Positions 30,601 through 36,900 of a stretch of 64,000 bases of DNA are shown here, piece after piece. The first letter of the stretch is position 1; the number at the start of each line of letters is the position of its first letter. Both the position numbers and the translations under genes were made by a program. Under the pieces are notes generated by a model that was given only the letters and a program-made list of their open reading frames with translations, searched no databases and was not told the origin of the DNA. Origin of the DNA: Rhodothermales bacterium (GTDB taxonomy: Bacteria > Bacteroidota > Rhodothermia > Rhodothermales > Bin80); assembly GCA_951812585.1 (NCBI GenBank), contig OX638318.1, positions 88,819 to 152,818 on the forward strand, given 5' to 3'.

Positions 30601-30999
30601 ATGGAGACCTGGTCCAACCACCTTGCAAGTGGAGCTGGACGGGCCATCCTCAAGGAGGCGGTGGTGCGTTTTGAGGACTGGATGGCTTCGCGGCTCAGTC
30701 CCGCAAATGTGCTGCGCGAGTGGCCACTCCTTGGCGCGATGGACAACGGAACCATTGTATCCGGTGTCGCGGATATGATTGTTGAAACCACGCATGGCGT
30801 CTGGATTCTGGATCACAAGTCGGAGAAAGTCAGAAATATCGAGGATTCCTTCAGGAAGCATGGTGCCCAGCTTGATGCCTATATCCATGTGCTTTCGTCT
30901 CAGGGCAAGACCGTACTAGGCGCAGGCATCCACTGGCTGCGCACCGGCCAGATCACCTGGGGGCAGTTCGCCTCGCATATGGTACTCCCCACCCGCTGA
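27661..30999 (+). CDS. AddA/UvrD-type helicase with a C-terminal PD-(D/E)XK nuclease domain
   Basis: 1,112 aa. SF1 motifs present: AGAGSGKTY, VDEFQDTNPLQ, NWRSQ, TWHSAKGLEWPVV and LLYVVLSRPRNKL. The C-terminal nuclease motif is GVADMIVE...WILDHKSEK...QLDAY. Confidence 0.8.
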   Translation: MNREEHTIYRAGAGSGKTYTVQQKLGEWIAEGTVRPDRVLAVTFTEAAALELRERITARLLEDGRLADALKLSQAYISTIHAFGLRLLTEFAFEAGISPRPRLLSDDEKGALIRRALAQSTAADDVAHDLAGYGYTFQWITKRTAADQFRDHLLRALRLLRQIGIADEVRVRQLVAAMEQRLSKDYGDTKKTAALEQALLGSIRTLLQVFPRSWIDFFDATSLGKEPAKAFRRDYSNLKKALGKDALKRDWTLWNNLQKLRTTSTKKLPLPAEYTALADRVKDAAHGLDVHPGPLEQAIALGRILLTTAHDIKGGYQKLKAAAGLVDYMDMNARAEYLLRTQEDVRKTLAARIDCLVVDEFQDTNPLQFALLWALKEAGIPKTLVVGDLKQAIMGFQGADPRLFQALATQHQAKSLPSNWRSQRDLMAIINAFGSVLFGKEYDKLSPEAKPGRLPPLEIAHFPTRPRKDRCRVRAWTIGNRIKALLADETLRIKDRSTKKSRGLRGSDIAVLCPTNFMLKEYAAIFRQLGLHVKYREDGWLASRPVQIVLQALTYLVNPADRHAALYLAATELGEHTLPDALAHLIESHEKPPRIDDAILENLDDLRKKSRQSDGRNNGAGVGVASLSVHTLVARVLQRLKLFDRVMEWPDSEQHRANLIHLLSAAREFTNAEPVAMAHGGLHGSGVPTFLSWLRARTKDEDQQPEKKVLEQDAIVLSTWHSAKGLEWPVVVAAGLHKTVEGRLPDLGFEYASFDDLSQILSAAEIQFSPLYVSPTKNETARAHLDAAARETALRLLYVVLSRPRNKLIIEWPDYLATRSSKAQTYWSLLRTHQCSFDAVQQALSIADVPYACHVIEGDAALPDEDLAAQGAPTRLLSDVGRRAIRPGNAPRDLTLEALYPSDLDQVAGAEADEDTTTDAQTHIDKAYADLPVRTIRYGQGVQLPEHDVAALREVGPNALGVFLHRCFEVLGQRPDLADTMETWSNHLASGAGRAILKEAVVRFEDWMASRLSPANVLREWPLLGAMDNGTIVSGVADMIVETTHGVWILDHKSEKVRNIEDSFRKHGAQLDAYIHVLSSQGKTVLGAGIHWLRTGQITWGQFASHMVLPTR

Positions 31000-31023
31000 C
31001 GCCGACCATCCCTTCCAGCTTGG

Positions 31024-31108
31024 TGCCTATGCCCATGTGCTTGCTTCTCAGGGCAATTGGGTCTTGGGCACGGGCATCCACTGGATCGCACGGGACCAGT
31101 TACCGTTG
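31024..31108 (+). pseudogene. Degenerate second copy of the last ~28 codons of the helicase gene
   Basis: AYAHVLASQGNWVLGTGIHWIARDQLPL aligns collinearly with AYIHVLSSQGKTVLGAGIHWLRTGQITW (30877-30960). Confidence 0.6.
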
Positions 31109-31252
31109 AGGACGTTGCACCTTGAAGTGCGCTGCTGTACGCAGGTCTGCGGGGGTCAGTCCCTGAGCCAAGGACGCCGGCGCAACTGCGTGATTCCAAA
31201 GTGCCAAAACGTATATTGGCTGGCAACCTCGTGCAACACACACCAATCCGAA

Positions 31253-33094
31253 ATGCAGCAGTCCATGCCCATGCGCAGCGCAGTAAGCCTTATGATGCTT
31301 GGATTGGGACTGTCCTGGGGCACAGCACCAGCGGCAGCGCAGGTATGGGACCTGGTGTGGGCTGATGAATTCGATTACCAAGGCCTCCCGGACGGGACGC
31401 GCTGGAGCTACGACGTAGGCGGGCACGGATGGGGGAACAACGAAGCGCAATACTATACCAGCGCCCGCGAAAAGAATGCCCGCGTGGATGGCAGTGCGCT
31501 CATCATCGAAGCGCACAAGGAATCGTACCAAGGCAAGGAGTACACCTCGGCACGCCTGGTCACCAAGGCCAAGGGAGACTGGGCTTATGGACGCATCCTG
31601 GTGCGGGCCAAACTGCCCTCGGGTCGGGGAACCTGGCCGGCTATATGGATGCTGCCGACCAACAATCCGTACGGCAATGGGAGTTGGCCCGACAACGGCG
31701 AAATAGACATCATGGAGCATGTGGGATATGATGCGGGCCGGATTCACGCCGCCGTGCACACGAACAAGTACAACCACCAGCGAGCCAACGCCCGGGGCGA
31801 CAGTCGGTATGTGGGCGACGCCGAAACAGCCTTCCATGAATACAGCGTGGACTGGACGCCTACGCGGATGGATTTTGCTGTTGATGGCAACGTCTACTTT
31901 ACGTATCACAACGAAGGCGATGGCTGGGTGTCCTGGCCGTTTGATCGCGAATTCCACCTGCTGCTCAACATCGCTATTGGCGGCCGCTGGGGCGGTGCGC
32001 AAGGGATAGACGACTCCATCTTCCCGCAGCAATTCGTCATCGACTATGTCCGGGTGTATCGATACATCGCGCAGCCGTATCTCACATTTATGCCTCCAAA
32101 CGCCTTGGCGGCCGGCGACACACTGCGCTTGGCTGCTGATGCGACAGACGCAGATGGCGTCGTGCATCGCGTGGAGTTCAGACAAGGCGATGCAATCCTG
32201 AGTCAGCACACCTCGCCTCCGTACGAGCACACCATCCAAGGAGTGCACCCAGGCTGCTACAAGCTGACCGCCTTGGCGATAGACGACCTTGGATGGACTA
32301 CCGCTGCCGACACAACGGTGCTTACTGTTGGCCAAAGCTGCGACAAGGCTCCGTACCTTGTCGCTCCGCACGCAGTGCCCGGCAGGATAGAAGCTGAATA
32401 CTTTGATCTTGGCGGTCCGAACATCGGCTACTTTGACCTTAATCCATCCAACTTTGGAGACGGGATCCGGCAGTCCGAAGGCGTGGAAGTCTACCGTACT
32501 ACCGACGGCAGCGGGTACCATGTGCAGAGCGTGCGCCACGAGTGGCTTGCGTACACCGTCCGTGTGGTGGACCCCGGCCTGTATACGTTCTTCGTGCGCC
32601 TATCTACGTATGGTGCCAGAGCAGCGTTCACCTTATCGGTCGATGGCGTCGACCAGGTCCTGTACGATGATGTGGTGACACCCAACCAGTGGGGCATAGT
32701 ATTTGCCACCGATGTAGCACTCGACGAGGGCGTGCGCGACTTGCGGCTGACTGTGCACGAAAACAATACCAGCATCAATTGGCTGCGGTTCATCTATTCG
32801 GGGCCGTTGTCCACAGAGGAAGAGCCAGGCTGGGAGCGCACCATGCTGCACGAAAACTACCCGAATCCGTTTCGTGACGCAACCACCCTCGCCTACACTG
32901 TTACGCACCCGGGCCCTGTGCAGATCGAAGTGTTCAATGCGCTAGGGCAAAGGGTCACGCGGCTGGCTGATCATCATCACAGCGTGGGTCGGCACCGGAT
33001 CCGTTACGATGCAAGCGGACTGGGAGCTGGGCTTTACTTCTATCGGCTCACAAGCGGCGCGACGCAGCAGAATCGCATCATGGTCAAACTGTGA
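31253..33094 (+). CDS. GH16 beta-glucanase (laminarinase-like) with Ig-like and CBM6-like modules and a T9SS C-terminal sorting domain
   Basis: Start at ATG 31253 (signal peptide MQQSMPMRSAVSLMMLGLGLSWGTAPAAAQ). The GH16 catalytic motif is GEIDIMEH. The CBM6-like segment is GRIEAEYFD...WLAYTV. The C-terminal NYPNPFRDATTL...GLYFYRL...MVKL is the T9SS tail. Confidence 0.8.
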   Translation: MQQSMPMRSAVSLMMLGLGLSWGTAPAAAQVWDLVWADEFDYQGLPDGTRWSYDVGGHGWGNNEAQYYTSAREKNARVDGSALIIEAHKESYQGKEYTSARLVTKAKGDWAYGRILVRAKLPSGRGTWPAIWMLPTNNPYGNGSWPDNGEIDIMEHVGYDAGRIHAAVHTNKYNHQRANARGDSRYVGDAETAFHEYSVDWTPTRMDFAVDGNVYFTYHNEGDGWVSWPFDREFHLLLNIAIGGRWGGAQGIDDSIFPQQFVIDYVRVYRYIAQPYLTFMPPNALAAGDTLRLAADATDADGVVHRVEFRQGDAILSQHTSPPYEHTIQGVHPGCYKLTALAIDDLGWTTAADTTVLTVGQSCDKAPYLVAPHAVPGRIEAEYFDLGGPNIGYFDLNPSNFGDGIRQSEGVEVYRTTDGSGYHVQSVRHEWLAYTVRVVDPGLYTFFVRLSTYGARAAFTLSVDGVDQVLYDDVVTPNQWGIVFATDVALDEGVRDLRLTVHENNTSINWLRFIYSGPLSTEEEPGWERTMLHENYPNPFRDATTLAYTVTHPGPVQIEVFNALGQRVTRLADHHHSVGRHRIRYDASGLGAGLYFYRLTSGATQQNRIMVKL

Positions 33095-33676
33095 CTGCGA
33101 AATCGCAACCGCCCTGCACCTGCAAATACAGCCATTCCTGAACGCGCGCAATCGGAGCGGCGTCAAGCGCTTCTGAACGCTGACGCAAGGCCTGTCGCCC
33201 CAAGTCGCCATTCATTTGCCATAGTATGGAACCGCCCGGATGCATCCGCACAGCAGGTGCCATTCAGGTCAGCGAGTCGGAGGCTGATGTACGGCGTGTT
33301 TTCTGGCATTGGAATGCCTACGCCGGGCAGGAATGGCCATCGCAGTGCGCACAGGCACAGTGGCACATCGCTCCGTATGGAGCGGAGGCGGCAAGGTCGG
33401 CGCTTGGGCTAGGCCCGCGGTGCCAAGCGGCACGCCGAGCACTCCTACAACTGAGCTGTAAGGCCTTGCCTGGTGCTACCGTGACCCATAAAGCCATGTT
33501 GACGTTCGCATTTGCGGGCCAATATGCGCCCAGCGTATTCAACGTTATGAGCTTGGCCAGAGGAAGATGTTTGCCTCTTGCATGGTGAATGGGATGGCTG
33601 GGGAAACACAGCGTTGGTCAGTGTAATCTCCGCACAGCGTGCGCACAAGGGGCGTACACAGGATGCTTTCTAAGTA

Positions 33677-33720
33677 GTGATTGACCGACCCCCTCTTTGC
33701 AGGGGTTTTCGGTCAATCAC
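33677..33720. repeat. Strong hairpin (12-bp perfect outer stem plus 5-bp inner stem) at the left edge of the tandem array
   Basis: gtgattgaccga ... tcggtcaatcac, with inner cccct/agggg. It ends exactly where homology between array units begins (33721). Confidence 0.6.
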
Positions 33721-33904
33721 TAAATAAAGCCGGCGCTCAGCGCCGCACATGCCGGGCGCATGGACACGCGCCGCCATGCACCAAGTTGGCCGCAGCTGCA
33801 GCGTGCTCGAATCACTGGCGGCAGAAGCAGAGCTTGCGTGCGGTGGGCGTGGCGTGCGCTTTGAATCCGCAGTCACCAGTCGGATGATATCGACCACTGC
33901 GCCT

Positions 33905-33947
33905 AAAAAGCAAGACGCCCCGGCACCGATTACGGCACCGGGGCGTC
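33905..33947 (-). terminator. Rho-independent terminator of giant gene copy 1
   Basis: A 10-bp GC stem (gacgccccgg/ccggggcgtc) is followed on the minus strand by TTGCTTTTT, about 30 nt after the stop. Confidence 0.7.
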
Positions 33948-33977
33948 TCCCCTATACTCGCTTTGCGAGACGAACCA

Positions 33978-36900
33978 CTACTTGATCAGAACCATCCGAC
34001 CAGTCTCAATGTGCTTGCCGGAGGCACCCGTAGCGACTACTCGGTAGAAGTAGTTGCCCGAAGCCAGGCTTGTTGCATTGAGCTCGACCGTACGGCTGTG
34101 TCCAGCCTCCAGCTCCTGTGCTGGCAGCGTCATCACATTCCGCCCAAGCATGTCAAACACCGTGATGCTCACCTGTGCCGTCTCAGGCAGATCAAATTCA
34201 ATCCGCGTAGACGGGTTGAACGGATTCGGATAGTTGCCCAAGAGCGTAAACTCTGTCGGCAACTCCTCGGTCGCCGCAGCCGTGATGACCTGCGGGAAGA
34301 ACGTGCTACCGTCCATCCCCACGCCCATCATTGTGAGGCCCTCAGCAGCAGATTTGCCAACGCCAGACATGTTAAGCACCAGCGCCTTGTCCGCGTAGCC
34401 ATCCAACTCGAAACGGAAGACCTCGATCTGCGTGGCACCATCAGAGGTTAACACCTCGATGTTGTAGCCGCCCGGATCCAGCGACTTGTACTCGCCCACA
34501 TCGTCAAACGCAAAGTTGTTGATGAACAAGTCGTTGGTCACGCGCGTGTTGTCCACCGGATCCAGCGTGCGGATGTCAATCTCTCCCAATGCGCTCGCAC
34601 CGTGCACCACGTAAAAGTCCACCATGTTGCTGACGCTAGACGCCGTGCGCACATCCTCCCGGATGACCAGACTCACCACGCCGGCCGCCGCGTTACCATG
34701 CGCAATCACATGGTAGTGCTTGTTCCGGTCGAAGCGAACTGGCAGACTCAGTAGCGGCGCGGAGTTGTCCGGCGCAGCAGCAGCGACGATGTCCAGCGTG
34801 TGATTGCCTGCAGCAACGACCCCAAAGGCAAGCGCCGACTGGAACATGAAGTCGTCCGCGACCTTGTTGTCGTCGAGGTAAACATCCACCGTAGCTCCGG
34901 CTACGTTGTGAACGAACTGCACACGCGCCGTGCCTCCAAGGATCGGATCCGCACTGATCGGATTCTGCAGCATGTTCGAAGCAACACCTAGAATGCTGCA
35001 CATACCCAGTTCCAACCCCTCCTGGGTCAGGTTTGGAACGCCGTTGATGAAATCGTTCCCCCGGTTCGAGTCGTCATCCGTCGGGTCGTCGCTAACATCA
35101 TACACGCCAGCCAGACGTGGATTCGTTCCATCGCAGTCCCACTGAACAATACGAAGGCCAGTGATGTCAAAAACGTTCGGCAAATCGTCAGCAACAAGGC
35201 GTACGTTCGGGTCGTGTGCCGGCACAGCATCCAACTCCACCTTCCAGAACATGTCCGCCGCATTATCCAACAACAGATCCGTGCTGTTGCCATTGGCATC
35301 TACATGCCCCACTTCAAGGTTTATCCATTCCATCGAATCCGCCATTGCATCGTGCAGATAGCTCACCGATGCCGTGCCCGTGTTGCCCAGATCGTCAGGG
35401 AACTGCATGATCAGCGGGCGGAAGGAGTCTGGACCATCGCCCTTCGGACTGCCAACAGGGAAGATGTAGCCTGACGTTACTACGCCCCCGGTGGCATCGC
35501 CCTCCTCAATCGCGCGGCTCAGCGTCCCACTGAAGTAGCTGTTACGCGAACCCAACTGGATGACCGCATTGCCACTGCCCGCCGTGATGCGCCCCTCCAG
35601 GGAACTCTCGGGCGACGATTGCGTGATCATCCACCTGTACATTGGATCACCGCCGATGACGCCGTTCTTCAGCATAAGCCTGCCTTCTATGTTCTGACTG
35701 ACATCGCTCATCAGATTCAGCATGCCCGTATCACCGCCTGGATCAGAGGCTACCTCCACATTGCAGAACTGCGACATCGGGCCGCCCATCGATACGTTCG
35801 ACATGCCATTCGTGACAAACCGAACCGTGCCGTTCATGCCCAGCTCATTGGCCGGCATGCTCGCTTCGTCATTCCAGTCACTCGCAGCATCGAAAGCATA
35901 ATCCCCGTACACCGTCAATCCGATCGGTACTGTGTAGCCGTTAATTTCGGTCGATCCGGCGCAATCTCCGGCACTAAACTCGTAGGTAATCATGCTGTCG
36001 GTAGCAACGTGCATTCCGCCCACATGAAAATCGCCCATCGCCATATGAGATCCACCACCCAATGCCACCAGCGAATTGCTTGGCGTCGTCATCGAACCCT
36101 GCATGTAGTCACCAACCACCGACAAGACGTCCCCTGATACGTCCACTTGGCCATCTCCATCCAGCATCATGTCCCCGCCAATCATCAGCGTAACCTGCGG
36201 ATGGCCTCCGCCGCCTCTTCTTCTGCTGTAGTCGATCTCAGACCCGTTGCCAACGGATACGTCCCCACCAATCATCACGTAGTCCACACCCGGGCCAATC
36301 GCTAAGCTGTTGCTCGGCTTCTCGTCGCTGTTTTCTTCCAGCTCGTCGCTGTTTTCTTCCAGCGTAAGACTCGAAAACATCACCTTATCGGCGTTGTTCG
36401 GCGCAATTGGAGCGCTAGTAGTAGTACGAGTACCGCCGGCCAGCACAGTCAAGTGTCCATTGGAAAGAATCATTCCGGGAGGCCACATCCACTCAAGGGC
36501 TTCTTCGTCCGTTCCTGCATCGAGCGCGACCGAGCCTGCAAAGTGGATCATCCCCGCCGTAGCAGTCTTGGCAGCATTCGCTTTAGACGCCTCGTACTCT
36601 TTACGGGCCTCCGCAAACAGCACACGGTGCTCAGGCGTGTCTTCGTAGCGCATCTTGTCCATCGCATCCGCGAGGTCAAAGAACTCGCGGAAGGCCTCGC
36701 CTTTATCTGCGCAGGACACATCGCCCTCGGAGTCACACAGCACAGCGCCGGATGCAACGTCAATCGTGCCGCCGCGGGCTACAAGATCATTGCCCGCAAG
36801 GTCCACCGCGTTACCCTCGGTAACGTTCAGATTCCTGACAGCCGTATATCCTTCGCGCAGCGACAGGGTGACACTCATGCTGGCGGCGCAACTGTTGACA

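Noticed and set aside
33390-33470. tRNA-like element on the minus strand: 7-bp acceptor-like pairing (ggcaagg...ccttgcc) and a D-loop-like AGCTCAGTTGTAGGAGT.
   Set aside because: No cloverleaf can be drawn. Seven nt rather than two separate the acceptor from the D stem. There is no 7-nt anticodon loop and no GTTCGAATC-type T loop. At best it is a tRNA-derived relic. tRNAscan or Infernal would settle it.
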